Source: Dehalococcoidia bacterium
GTDB taxonomy: Bacteria > Chloroflexota > Dehalococcoidia > Lucifugimonadales > Lucifugimonadaceae
NCBI GenBank assembly: GCA_965205245.1
Contig: CBDBGE010000005.1
Span: forward strand, 888,770 to 952,769
Direction: 5' to 3'
DNA: 64,000 nt
The notes under the pieces were generated by a model. That model worked only from the letters and a program-made list of their open reading frames with translations. It made no database searches and was not told where the DNA came from. Below, piece after piece: positions 52,901 through 62,626 of the stretch (the first letter of the stretch is position 1; each line of letters begins with the position of its first letter). The translations under genes and the position numbers were made by a program.

Positions 52901-54904
52901 TCAGCCGTCCCGGCCGGTCCCCGAAAACTCCTTGCCCAGTTCGACGAAGAACTCCAGCGAATCGGGGTTCGACATCGCGTCGCGGTTGATGACCTTCCCC
53001 GCTTCGGCCCCCGTAATGATCCGCTTCACCGGCACTTCCAGCTTCTTGTCATTCAACGTCTTCGGCACCTCTGGTATGGCATAAATCCGGTCCGGCGAGT
53101 GCCGCGGCGACAGTAACCGGCGAAGCCTGGCCTTGACGCGGTCCTGCAAATCATCGTCGAATTCCGCGCCTTCGCTCAGTCGCAGGAACAACAGCAGTTG
53201 TCCTTGTTCGCCCGGTAGACCGGTATCGATGACGAGGCTGTCCTGCACCTCGTCCATCTCTTCGACGACCCTGTAAAACTCGCTCGTCCCCAGGCGCACC
53301 CCGCTCCTGTTGAGCGTGGAGTCAGAGCGTCCGTAGACGACGAAAGTCCCGCGCTCAGTCTTCTTGACCCAGTCTCCGTGCCGCCACGCGCCCGGGAAGT
53401 CCTCGTAGTAGCTTTCCTGGTACCGCTCGCCGTCGGGATCGTTCCAGAAGAAGAGGGGCATCGAGGGTAGCGGTTCCGTCAGGACAAGCTCGCCTACCTC
53501 GTTCGTCACGGGTTTGCCCCCGGGATCGAACGCCTCGACCTTGCTCCCGAGGCACGCCGCCTGTATCTCACCGGCGTGGACCGGCAACAGCGGGACCGGA
53601 CCGATGAATCCGGTGCACACGTCAGTCCCGCCGCAAAACGACCCCACGTGAACGTCCGACCCTATGTGGTCGTAGATCCACTGGAAACCCTCTGGCGACA
53701 ACGGCGCGGCGGTAGAACCAACGCCCTTCACCCGGTGCAGGTCGAACTCCTTGCCCGGCCGTATCCCTTCCTTCATGCAGGCGTGGATGAACGGCGCGCT
53801 CGTGCCGAAGTATGTCGACTTCGTCTCTTCGGCGAGGTCCCAGAGGTTGCGCATATCCGGGTACACCGGGTTGCCGTCGTACAGCACGACCGTCATTCCA
53901 AGCATCAGGCCGCTGACGTCGAAATTCCACATCATCCAACCGGTGGTGCTGAACCACAGCATCGTGTCGTCGCTGCCAAGATTGAACTGCAACGACTGGC
54001 ACTTGATGTGTTCCAGGATCACTCCGCCGTGCCCGTGCACTATCGGCTTTGGCAGGCCCGTAGTCCCGGACGAAAACAGTACCCACAGAGGATGTCCAAA
54101 CGGAACGGGCTCGAAATCGATCTCCGTCGCGTCCCGCTCGGCGTCGCGCCAGTACATGGCGTTCTGCAGGCCGTCGAGGGGCGGCTGTTCGAACAAATAC
54201 GGGATGACGACCAGGTGTTCCACAGACGGTATCTGGCTCTGTATCTCTGCGGCCTGTTCCAGCCGCGGAAAGTCCTTTCCGCTGAAGCGGTAGCCGTCCG
54301 CGGCAAACAGGACCTTCGGCGCGATCTGCTGGAGACGTTCCACGACGCTGCGGATCCCGAACTCGGGAGCGCAGGTCGCCCATATGGCGCCGATGCTCGT
54401 CGCGGCCAAGCATGCTATGGCCGTTTCCGGGATGTTCGGCGCGTACGCCGCGACGCGGTCGCCCTTTCGCACACCCATCGCCCGCAGTCCGGCTGCCATG
54501 CGCGCGACCTGGTCGTGTACCTCCCGGTACGTCATGACGTTCGTCGGCCGGATCTCGGACTTGGAGATGAAAGCGGGATGGTCATCCCGTCGCCGCAGCA
54601 CGTGCTCAGCGTAGTTGAGCGTGGCGCCCGGGAACCACTCGCCGGGCATGCGCCGTTCCGCCAGGACCCGCGAGTGGGGGCTGTGCGAAATGATCTCGAA
54701 GTAGTCCCAGATAGCTCCCCAGAATCCTTCGAGATCGTCGACCGACCACTGGAGCAACTCGTCGTAGTCAGCAAACCGCAGGTCCCGCGTCTGCCCGAGC
54801 CACTCCATGAACTTGGTTACGTTCGAATTAGACCTTAGTTCTTCGGTAGGTTCCCACAGCAAGGTCCCTTCCTTGACCGGCCCGGGGGCGCTGTCCTGGT
54901 TCAT
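52901..54904 (-). CDS. acetoacetyl-CoA synthetase (acetoacetate-CoA ligase)
   Basis: 667 aa. The N-terminus LWEPTEELRSNSNVTKFMEWL...FADYDELLQWSVDDLEGFWGAIWDYFEI and the AMP-binding blocks (FSSGTTGLPKPIVH) are typical. Confidence 0.8.
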   Translation of the reverse strand: MNQDSAPGPVKEGTLLWEPTEELRSNSNVTKFMEWLGQTRDLRFADYDELLQWSVDDLEGFWGAIWDYFEIISHSPHSRVLAERRMPGEWFPGATLNYAEHVLRRRDDHPAFISKSEIRPTNVMTYREVHDQVARMAAGLRAMGVRKGDRVAAYAPNIPETAIACLAATSIGAIWATCAPEFGIRSVVERLQQIAPKVLFAADGYRFSGKDFPRLEQAAEIQSQIPSVEHLVVIPYLFEQPPLDGLQNAMYWRDAERDATEIDFEPVPFGHPLWVLFSSGTTGLPKPIVHGHGGVILEHIKCQSLQFNLGSDDTMLWFSTTGWMMWNFDVSGLMLGMTVVLYDGNPVYPDMRNLWDLAEETKSTYFGTSAPFIHACMKEGIRPGKEFDLHRVKGVGSTAAPLSPEGFQWIYDHIGSDVHVGSFCGGTDVCTGFIGPVPLLPVHAGEIQAACLGSKVEAFDPGGKPVTNEVGELVLTEPLPSMPLFFWNDPDGERYQESYYEDFPGAWRHGDWVKKTERGTFVVYGRSDSTLNRSGVRLGTSEFYRVVEEMDEVQDSLVIDTGLPGEQGQLLLFLRLSEGAEFDDDLQDRVKARLRRLLSPRHSPDRIYAIPEVPKTLNDKKLEVPVKRIITGAEAGKVINRDAMSNPDSLEFFVELGKEFSGTGRDG

Positions 54905-54974
54905 TCAGCCAAGTCCCTTCTGTCCACTGGTCGTTGGTACGAAAACAGCCCGCCAGGCAGATCACACCTTCAAT

Positions 54975-55108
54975 CGTCTTACCGGGGTAACCCGGTACCC
55001 ACGGTGGGGCGCGGAGGTGGGTACGCTCGACATAGTCAACTCCCATCCGACAAACACCGCCTCATTTTCATCACCTTGTGTGTTCTAAACAAGGCCATGG
55101 TGATTGCC
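54975..55108. other. conserved 134-nt non-coding element, copy 1
   Basis: It aligns without gaps to 58275..58408, with 100 of 134 positions identical by my hand count. Hairpin TACCGGG-GTAA-CCCGGTA lies at 54980-54997, and stem CCCAC/GTGGG at 54998-55002 and 55017-55021. Confidence 0.6.
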
Positions 55109-55143
55109 CTGATAATGGCCCCGTCATCCGGTACGCGACAAAG

Positions 55144-56508
55144 CTACCCAGTTCCACCCTCTTCACCAAACCGCTCCATGATCAGCGCTGCGTGCTTAGC
55201 GCCGAGTAAGAAATCTTCAACCGTGATGTTCTCATTGGGCGCGTGAATCTTATGGGAAGGGTGGTCGACCCCGCTCGTCGATATGGGAATTCCCAGCGTC
55301 ACACCGAAGTCGTACCAGGGGCCGGTTCCGGGCATGTTCGGAGCGATAACCGGCTTGCGGCCGTATATCTCCTCCGCGGTGGCCGCAACCAGCTGCACCC
55401 ACGGCGAGTCGATGTCGGTACGCGCCGGATTTACAGCGCCCATCAGGACAATTTCGACATCCTCAAATCCCTGCGCATCCAGGTGCGCCCGCACCTTGTC
55501 GAATATGTCGCGCGGCCTCATATCGGGCACGAGCCGGAAGTCCATCTTGGCCGACGCCTCTGCCGGCAACACCGTCTTCATCCCCTCCCCGGTGTACCCC
55601 GACAACATCCCGGCGATATTGGCGGTTGGGTCGAACAGCAGGTTGGTTTTCAGTTCGTCCCCTTCAACGTCGCCCACGAACGAGTCCGCGCCAAACGTCA
55701 CCTTCCAGCTTGGACCCTCGTCCGGCAGCTTGGCCGTCGCAGCCGTCTCTTTTGGCGTGGCGGGCTTGATGTCATCGTAGAACCCGGGCACCTTGATTCG
55801 CCCATCGACGTCTCTGATGGCCGCCAGCGCGTGCACGAGCCTCCACGGCGCCGACGGCAAAATCGCGGCAAAGGATGAATGGGCGTCCCCGCTTAGTTGC
55901 CGGGCCCGCACGTCGATCGTGAGGACACCCTTCAACCCCTGGTACAGGAACGGGTCGTTGTTGAGGTTGCGCCCTCCGCCCTCCCAGATGCACGCGTCCG
56001 CCTTGAAGTCGTCGCCGCGCTCCGCAATGACCGGGCGGAGGTTACGGCTGCCGATCTCCTCCTCACCCTCGGCGAAGAACTTCAATTTGCACGGCAGTTC
56101 GCCGCGGACATCCTGGAACGCCTTGATGGCGGCGAGGCGCGCCACGATGTTCCCCTTGTCGTCCGACATACCTCGGCCGTATAACCGGTCGCCGCGGCGC
56201 TCAGGTTCGAACGGGTCCGACTCCCACAATTCCAGCGGGTCAGTCGGTTGCACGTCGTAGTGCGTGTAGAAAAGCAGCGCCTTATCGGACGCGCCGTCCG
56301 ACGTGCCAAGTACGACCGGATTGCCGTCGTTGGGTACTGGAATGATCTCGACGTCCAGCCCGGCAGACTCGAACATCTGCTTGACCAGCCCCGGCGCCTT
56401 GTCGAACCCAATGCCCTGTGCCGAGATGCTCGGCTGCCGCACGAGGTCCATGAGCATCGCAATGCTCTCGTCGATGTGTTCCTCTATGTGGGCGTAGATG
56501 TCCTGCAT
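55144..56508 (-). CDS. M20-family metallopeptidase/dipeptidase
   Basis: An RBS (GGGGAG) lies 6 nt before ATG 56508. LLFYTHYDVQPTDPLELWESDPFEPERRGDRLYGRGMSDDKGN is a classic M20 block. Confidence 0.85.
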   Translation of the reverse strand: MQDIYAHIEEHIDESIAMLMDLVRQPSISAQGIGFDKAPGLVKQMFESAGLDVEIIPVPNDGNPVVLGTSDGASDKALLFYTHYDVQPTDPLELWESDPFEPERRGDRLYGRGMSDDKGNIVARLAAIKAFQDVRGELPCKLKFFAEGEEEIGSRNLRPVIAERGDDFKADACIWEGGGRNLNNDPFLYQGLKGVLTIDVRARQLSGDAHSSFAAILPSAPWRLVHALAAIRDVDGRIKVPGFYDDIKPATPKETAATAKLPDEGPSWKVTFGADSFVGDVEGDELKTNLLFDPTANIAGMLSGYTGEGMKTVLPAEASAKMDFRLVPDMRPRDIFDKVRAHLDAQGFEDVEIVLMGAVNPARTDIDSPWVQLVAATAEEIYGRKPVIAPNMPGTGPWYDFGVTLGIPISTSGVDHPSHKIHAPNENITVEDFLLGAKHAALIMERFGEEGGTG

Positions 56509-56592
56509 GGGACGCTCCCCGGGATGTAGGTATTTTTCCAATGCGCTTGATGGTAGCGTTTGCAGACCAGGTGAATTATCAGGCAGGCGCTA

Positions 56593-57414
56593 ATGATTAT
56601 CGACACGCACGCACATATCTACTCCGAAGACCTCGAGACCTACCCCACGATCGACGATCCGCTGCGTCCCCCGCCCGGCACTGGAACTCCGGAGGGTCTC
56701 CAGGATGCTATGCGGTCGTCCGGTGTGGACCGCGCAATGCTGGTCCAGACCAGCACCTTCTACGGATGGGACAACACCTTCGTGCGAGACACCGGCGCGG
56801 GGTCAGGCGATTGGGCCCGTTCGGTCGTGACGCTCGACCCGGAAGACCCGCACAGCCCTGACGTCCTGTTCGCCCTTCACGAGAGAGCAAACGCGCGCGC
56901 TTTGAGGACCTACCCGGTGGACCACCGGGACTACGACCACCCCGGCAACCGGCGACTGATCGCAGCCGCACGCGATCTTGGAATGACCGTCAACGCCCTC
57001 CTGGGAGAAGTCCGCTCGGCCGGTGAACTGGCAACGATACTGGCGGACTTCCCGGACTGCAATTTCGTGCTCGATCACTGCCTCGCACTGGCAATCGGGC
57101 CCGACTTCGACTCCAAGCTGGGCCGCTTAATCGAACTGGCGTCGTTTCCCAACCTGCACGCCAAGCTCACGTTTCTGCCCACAGGCACGCGCGAGCCATT
57201 CCCGTTCCCGGACATGCACGGCGCGTGCCGGCGCATCATCGACGCGTACGGACCTGACCGCTGTGTGTGGGGCTCCGACTACCCCACGGAACTATGGTGC
57301 CCAAACGTCACCTATACCCAGCACCTCGAACTGTTCCAAGAACACCTGGGGCTATCCCCCGAGGAGCAGCAGGCCATTCTCGGCGGCACCGCCGAAAGGC
57401 TGTGGTTCGGCTAA
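56593..57414 (+). CDS. amidohydrolase-2 family metal-dependent hydrolase
   Basis: The N-terminus MIIDTHAHIY and C-terminal WGSDYP are typical of the PF04909-type TIM-barrel hydrolases. Confidence 0.75.
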   Translation: MIIDTHAHIYSEDLETYPTIDDPLRPPPGTGTPEGLQDAMRSSGVDRAMLVQTSTFYGWDNTFVRDTGAGSGDWARSVVTLDPEDPHSPDVLFALHERANARALRTYPVDHRDYDHPGNRRLIAAARDLGMTVNALLGEVRSAGELATILADFPDCNFVLDHCLALAIGPDFDSKLGRLIELASFPNLHAKLTFLPTGTREPFPFPDMHGACRRIIDAYGPDRCVWGSDYPTELWCPNVTYTQHLELFQEHLGLSPEEQQAILGGTAERLWFG

Positions 57415-57442
57415 CGTCGGCGCGGGACCGAAGCGGTCGTTA

Positions 57443-58225
57443 CTACTCCTCCACCGGGGTGCCGCCGGTCAGCAGACCGCCATCCACTGTGATCGTCTGG
57501 CCATTGACGTAACTGCCCAGGTCAGACGCCAGGAAAATGGCCGCCCCCGCGATGTCGTTCGGCACACCGCCGCGCCTGCTGGGGATCTGGGGCAAGGCGT
57601 AGTTCGCGTGCTGTCCGCGGGTCGGCTCTTCCTCGGGCGTCAGTACGCGCGAGTCGATGTAGCCGGGCGCTATGCAGTTGGAATTGATGCCGGTGCCGGC
57701 AAGATCTTGCGCCATGCTGAAGACCATGCGGTTGAGGCCCGCCTTGGCGATTCCGTAGATGGCGTCCTCGGGCCATGCGCGAAGGCTGTGCACGCTGCTG
57801 ATCGAGATAATGCTGCCGCCGCTGCCCTGGGCGATCATCTCCCTGGCGGCCCGCTGCGAGCAGAACACGTATCCCTTGAGCGCATTGCCAATTTGGAAGT
57901 CCCACATCTCTTCTGTTATTTCAGTGAAAGTCGCGTTGTCCCCTGAGACTGCGTTGTTCACCAGCACGTCAATCCGCCCGTGCTCGGCGACGAATTCATC
58001 GAACATGCGCGTGCGATCGGCGGCGCTGCTGATGTCGGCCAGGTGCCACGACGCCTTGCGTCCCAGGCCTTCTATGCCCGCGATGGTCTTTTCGGCCTCG
58101 GAGTCACGTTCGATGTCGTTGATTCCGATGTCCGCGCCCTGTGCTGCGAACGCGGCGGCGATTCCCGCGCCGATCCCCCGCCGCGAGCCGGTGATCAGCG
58201 CCTTCTTTCCTTCCAACAGTCCCAT
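57443..58225 (-). CDS. short-chain dehydrogenase/reductase (FabG-like)
   Basis: LEGKKALITGSRRGIGAGIA (TGxxxGIG) and the catalytic context YGIAKAG. Confidence 0.85.
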   Translation of the reverse strand: MGLLEGKKALITGSRRGIGAGIAAAFAAQGADIGINDIERDSEAEKTIAGIEGLGRKASWHLADISSAADRTRMFDEFVAEHGRIDVLVNNAVSGDNATFTEITEEMWDFQIGNALKGYVFCSQRAAREMIAQGSGGSIISISSVHSLRAWPEDAIYGIAKAGLNRMVFSMAQDLAGTGINSNCIAPGYIDSRVLTPEEEPTRGQHANYALPQIPSRRGGVPNDIAGAAIFLASDLGSYVNGQTITVDGGLLTGGTPVEE

Positions 58226-58274
58226 TTGGTCCCTCCCATTACATTGTTATGAACGTTAGCCGGGCAGCCCCCCT

Positions 58275-58408
58275 CGTCTTACCGGCGAAAGCCGGTATCC
58301 ATGGTGGGGCCCGGAGGTGGATGCGTTCTACATGTTCAACCCCCACCCGACAGGCGACACCCCAATTTCATCACCCCGTGCGGTCTTGACAATGCCACAA
58401 TGATTCTG
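58275..58408. other. conserved 134-nt non-coding element, copy 2
   Basis: Hairpin TACCGGC-GAAA-GCCGGTA lies at 58280-58297, and stem TCCAT/GTGGA at 58298-58302 and 58317-58321. Confidence 0.6.
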
Positions 58409-58417
58409 CGATTTTCG

Positions 58418-59207
58418 TTACCTTAATTCGCCGCCCGAAGCGATCATTCCGCCGTCGACCAAAAGCGTTTCCCCGTTGACGTAGCCGCCCATGTCGGAAC
58501 ACAGGAACGTGACCGCGCCGGCAATGTCACTGGGAACACCACCGCGTTGCGCAGGTATTCGCGCCTTGATTCCCGGCCGGTCCTTCATGTCATCCGGCTG
58601 CGGCTCCAGCCCGTACTCCGGCAGGCTATTGTCGATGTAGCCGGGCGCAATGCAGTTCGCCCTGACGCCCGTGCCGGCCAGGTCCACGGCCAGCCCCTTC
58701 ACCATCCTGCGCAGCGCAGCCTTGGCGACGCCGTACGCGGTCCAGTCCGTAAACGCCCTAAATGCGTGGACAGAGGCAAGGCAAACGATGCTTCCGCCGC
58801 TACCCTGACGGACCATCTCCCGCGCCGCCTGCTGGGACGCAAAGAAGTAACCCCTTCAGCGACAGGTCCATCACCTGGTCCCAAAACTCCTCATCCGTTT
58901 CGAACAACGGCCTGGATTGGGGTTGGAATATCGCGTTGTTGACCAGGATGTCGATCCTGCCATGCACGTCGAGGAAGGAGTCGATCATCCCGTTGATTTC
59001 ATCCAGTCGGCTGACGTCGGCGATGTGCACGGACGCGGAGCTACCGCGTTCTTTCGCAAGCGCGGCAGTCTGACGGGTGACCTCGTCGTCGAGGATGTCG
59101 TTCACGCCAACGTCAGCGCCCTCCGCGGCCAACCGCACGGCGATGCCTCGCCCGATGCCCTTCCGGGCCCCCGTAACCAGCGCTTTCTTTCCGTCCAGCA
59201 GTCCCAT
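58418..59207 (-). pseudogene. short-chain dehydrogenase/reductase, 1-nt frameshift in a G4/C4 run
   Basis: ORF 58800..59213 gives LDGKKALVTGARKGIGRGIA...DLSLKG. Removing one C from the CCCC at 58851-58854 continues with YFFASQQAAREMVRQGSGGSIV... of ORF 58418..58816. Confidence 0.85.
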
Positions 59208-59296
59208 TTCCAATCTCTGCGATCTATCGTGCGTGTCGGATTCCCTCGGCGCCGCATCCTATCAGGCTCGCCGCGAAGCATCCCGCAGCGGAGTTC

Positions 59297-62200
59297 TCAG
59301 TGGATGGCGAGTTGTGTCCGTGCCGCTCCTAATGCCTGGGCCTTGGCGGCTTCGATGTCCGGCAGTTCGAATTCACAGGGTTGGCCTGCAAGGGCCGGGC
59401 GGGCAAACACGAGCACGGCCCGGACCACGCGGGCAGACGTGGTCTCGTCCACAACCGCCGCGTAGGCGCCTATCTGCGCCAGGTACGGCCCGGCCATCTC
59501 CGCCAATGTCCGGCCGCGCACGGCGTCGGTCTTGTAGTCGACGATCACCAGTTCGCCTGGAGCTGTTTCAAAAACCAGGTCAATCACGCCTTCAAGCGAC
59601 TTCCCCTGACCCACGCCTGCTGCGACCGGCGTCTCCCGCCAATACCGTCCGGACTTGACGGCCTCCCTCACCACGGCCGAACCGAGTACCGCTTTCGCCA
59701 GGTCGGCCACATCGTCCGCGAACTCCGCCACGCCGTGTGCGGCCGCCTGTTTCCCGGCAAGCTCGACCAGTCCATCGCCCGATTCCTGGTCGATCTCCTG
59801 CAGCACAGCATGGACCGCCGAGCCCAGTTTCGTAGCAGCCCGACCCTTGCGCCACGGCTCCAGGCCGTACGTGTCTGACGACTCCTTTTGTGGAGGCAAG
59901 GGTTGCTCGCGCGCCTTCAGCGACGTGGCAGTTACCGACTGCCGGACGCCCGACGCGGCAACCGCGGCCGCAATATCGGACACCCAGGTTTCCATGCCGG
60001 CCTTGTCACCCCAGGGTTTGACAATCGGATGCCTGTCAGCCGCAACCACGCCTCCTGTTGGCGTGTACTGTTCGCTCAGCGCGGAAGTGGCGTCCAAGAA
60101 TCCGGCGAGTTTCGCGGCGAGCGTGGATCTGTCGCCGCTTTTTCGATAAAGGCTTACGAAGAGGTGATCCCGGGCGCGTGTGGCGGCCACGTACATCAAC
60201 CGGACCGCCTCTGCTTCGCCGATCTGTTTCCTCTTGTCCGCGATGGACTCGTACCCAACGGTCTCGAATCTCGCCTGGCGATTGCCCAGCCCTACCGCCG
60301 CGCCGACCAAAGCCTCCGGATCAGTGTCGAACACGGCCGCATCCGGACGGCTGCCCGAACTTGTGTTCAAGCCCGTAATGGCCACACCCGGGAATTCGAG
60401 ACCCTTGGCGCCATGGATTGTCATGACGCGCACCGCATCGTTCCCGATGATCGAAGGGGCGCTCTCTATCATGCTCTCGCCCACCGACTGGCGGACGCGG
60501 AGCCAGTCGACGAACTCCCGCAGAGAATGACGACCGGAGTTTTGGACCGAGCGCGCCATTTCAAGAACCAGGTCGATGCGCCGGTGACGTTGGCTCCAGT
60601 CCTCCCCGAGAGCCGCGACTTCACGCACCATGCGGTCCCTGAAGAAGGTCTCGATCAATTCAGGGGTGGTCGCCTGGTTCCGCATCTGGTGGTATCCGGC
60701 CAGTTCGGTAAGGCACCTTCCCACGTACAGGTCTACGTCAAGGACGGGGTCGACGTAGTCGAATCGGTAGCCTGCATCCGCCCATTCCCAGAGGTCAACG
60801 TCGCTGCAACCGAACGCTGGAGATCGAAGAGCGCCGACAATGGCCACCTGGTCGGTCGGATCGTCAATCGCCGACAGGCAGTTCAGTGTGTCGCGGAGTT
60901 CCTGCGTCTGGAACAGGCGCGACTCGCCCTGCACCAGGAATGGGACGCCGGCATCTCCAAGGGCCTGTTCAAGGACCGGGAGGGCCGTCCGACGCGGCAT
61001 GAGAATGCACAAGTCCCCGAATGAAGACGCCCGTACCTTCCCATCCTCACCTCTTACGGAATGCATGCCCGCGCCGAACTCTGTTGCCACCCTGGCTATC
61101 GCCTCTGCCTCATCGACACGGACGTCATCGACCGAGTTCACGTCGATTTCGCCCCCGAGGATGCGCACGCGATCCGGCTGGCCCTGGGAGTCGGGTCCAG
61201 TGTCGTCGGTCAGTCCCGGTTCCAGATCCACGTACGGGGCCTGGAATTGTTGGCCGCCGGCCATCCACTTCCCGAAGACGTGATTCACCCAGAGAAGAAT
61301 TTCGCGTCGCGACCGGAAGTTTGCGGTCAGTCCTGCATCTTCAATCGAGGCGGACTCGCGAAACCGCTCAGTCATCTGGACGTCGGCGCGCCTGAACGCG
61401 TAAATCGACTGTTTGGGATCGCCCACTACAAATAGGGAGCCTGGCGCGAATCTCAGATCCGCGCCCCGACCGGCCAGCAGTTCCACGATCTCGACCTGCA
61501 GCGGGTCCGTGTCCTGGAACTCATCCACGAACAGGCGCTTGTATTGGCCCTGAAAGCGCCGGAGAGCTTCGGGGTCGTCCCGCAGCATGTCGCGCGCCCA
61601 GACGAGCAGATCGTGGAAAGTCGCCTTACCTGTCCGCCGCCGTTCCTCTACCTGCCCCCGCACCATGCGCGCGACCGAGGAGACCAGTTGCCCGATGACG
61701 ACCGTTCGATTCTCAGAAAGCCACTGCAGCAGGTATTCGTGGAGGTCCGCTAGCCCGTCGCGCAGGTCCTCAAGAGCAGACCTCCCCTCATCGCCCGGCC
61801 AGTTGGTCATGCTGCCCAGCCGCCTCGTTGAGCGCCCTAGAGTCTCTTCGCTCGCCAGCAACGCCTCAACCCTTTCAGGGTTGTCAGACAGTCGGATCAC
61901 TTCCCTCACGAGGGGCAGCGCATTTCGCGTGATGTGGACGAATAGCTTGTCGTCGGGATCGTCGCAAAACCCGACGAGCCGGTCCCAATTTGCCGCCAAC
62001 GATTCCAGGCGGCCGACGTCTATGGGTTCCGCGTTATTGCTCGATACGAACGTGTCCGGATCGATCAAATCGTGGTTTTTGTCCAGTTCCCATGCGACCG
62101 TTTTGAGCTTTCCCATCGGGTCGCCTAGTCCGAGCCGGGACGCCTTTTCGAGGGCCGAAACGAAGTCCTGATCGGCAAGGACCCTTTCCAGCCAGGCGTC

Positions 62201-62626
62201 CCATGCGTCGTCGAAATTCAGCCGGGCTTCGGATTCGTCCAACACATCCAGTACGAGCGGGAGTCCGGCGTTGAGCGGCATCTCCGACAGCATGGACCTG
62301 GCGAACCCGTGGATCGTCTGAATGGCGGCGAAGTCGATATCGCTGAGGGCCGCGCTCAGCCGCTCTTTCTCTACCGTCGAAGGGCTGCCATCGTTCAGTT
62401 CTTCCTCGAATCGGGCGCGAATCCGCAGGACGAGTTCAGATGCCGCGTCTTCCGTGAACGTAATGGCGGCAATGTCGCCAATCTTGGCCTTACCGGTTTT
62501 GATCGTGTTGAACAGGCGCTCTACCAGGACCCTAGTCTTGCCGGTGCCCGCACCCGCTTCGACGAACAGGTTGAGGTCCAGCAGTTCCTCGATCCTGTCC
62601 CGCTCCTGCTGATCGGAAACCGTCAT
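59297..62626 (-). CDS. addA: UvrD-type helicase fused to a RecB-family nuclease (AddA/AdnB-like)
   Basis: Walker A FVEAGAGTGKT, UvrD helicase blocks, and the C-terminal nuclease motif GVIDLVFETAPGELVIVDYKTD. ATG 62626 overlaps the upstream stop (ATGA). Confidence 0.8.
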   Translation of the reverse strand: MTVSDQQERDRIEELLDLNLFVEAGAGTGKTRVLVERLFNTIKTGKAKIGDIAAITFTEDAASELVLRIRARFEEELNDGSPSTVEKERLSAALSDIDFAAIQTIHGFARSMLSEMPLNAGLPLVLDVLDESEARLNFDDAWDAWLERVLADQDFVSALEKASRLGLGDPMGKLKTVAWELDKNHDLIDPDTFVSSNNAEPIDVGRLESLAANWDRLVGFCDDPDDKLFVHITRNALPLVREVIRLSDNPERVEALLASEETLGRSTRRLGSMTNWPGDEGRSALEDLRDGLADLHEYLLQWLSENRTVVIGQLVSSVARMVRGQVEERRRTGKATFHDLLVWARDMLRDDPEALRRFQGQYKRLFVDEFQDTDPLQVEIVELLAGRGADLRFAPGSLFVVGDPKQSIYAFRRADVQMTERFRESASIEDAGLTANFRSRREILLWVNHVFGKWMAGGQQFQAPYVDLEPGLTDDTGPDSQGQPDRVRILGGEIDVNSVDDVRVDEAEAIARVATEFGAGMHSVRGEDGKVRASSFGDLCILMPRRTALPVLEQALGDAGVPFLVQGESRLFQTQELRDTLNCLSAIDDPTDQVAIVGALRSPAFGCSDVDLWEWADAGYRFDYVDPVLDVDLYVGRCLTELAGYHQMRNQATTPELIETFFRDRMVREVAALGEDWSQRHRRIDLVLEMARSVQNSGRHSLREFVDWLRVRQSVGESMIESAPSIIGNDAVRVMTIHGAKGLEFPGVAITGLNTSSGSRPDAAVFDTDPEALVGAAVGLGNRQARFETVGYESIADKRKQIGEAEAVRLMYVAATRARDHLFVSLYRKSGDRSTLAAKLAGFLDATSALSEQYTPTGGVVAADRHPIVKPWGDKAGMETWVSDIAAAVAASGVRQSVTATSLKAREQPLPPQKESSDTYGLEPWRKGRAATKLGSAVHAVLQEIDQESGDGLVELAGKQAAAHGVAEFADDVADLAKAVLGSAVVREAVKSGRYWRETPVAAGVGQGKSLEGVIDLVFETAPGELVIVDYKTDAVRGRTLAEMAGPYLAQIGAYAAVVDETTSARVVRAVLVFARPALAGQPCEFELPDIEAAKAQALGAARTQLAIH

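Noticed and set aside
53576-54838. A 420-aa plus-strand ORF, together with similar long ORFs at 474..1064, 1179..1874, 14431..15342, 18942..19805, 29427..30377, 42550..43392, 37028..37879 and 59888..61024.
   Set aside because: All lie antisense to, or out of frame with, genes that have clear family motifs. Their translations are Arg/Pro/Gly-rich low-complexity sequence typical of shadow ORFs in high-GC DNA.
55040-55078. A 9- to 12-codon mini-ORF on the minus strand inside the 134-nt element (VMKMRRCLSDGS / VMKLGCRLSGGG).
   Set aside because: The two copies share length, but substitutions are spread over all codon positions with little amino-acid conservation. This is more consistent with non-coding conservation.
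54975-55108. The idea that the 134-nt element is a T-box or another known riboswitch, prompted by GTGGGTACCGGG resembling the T-box GGUGGUACCGCG on the minus strand.
   Set aside because: The second copy reads ATGGATACCGGC. No specifier-loop or terminator architecture is evident. The downstream genes (acetoacetyl-CoA synthetase, SDR) are not T-box-type targets. I could not match any riboswitch consensus from memory, so it is reported only as an unclassified element.
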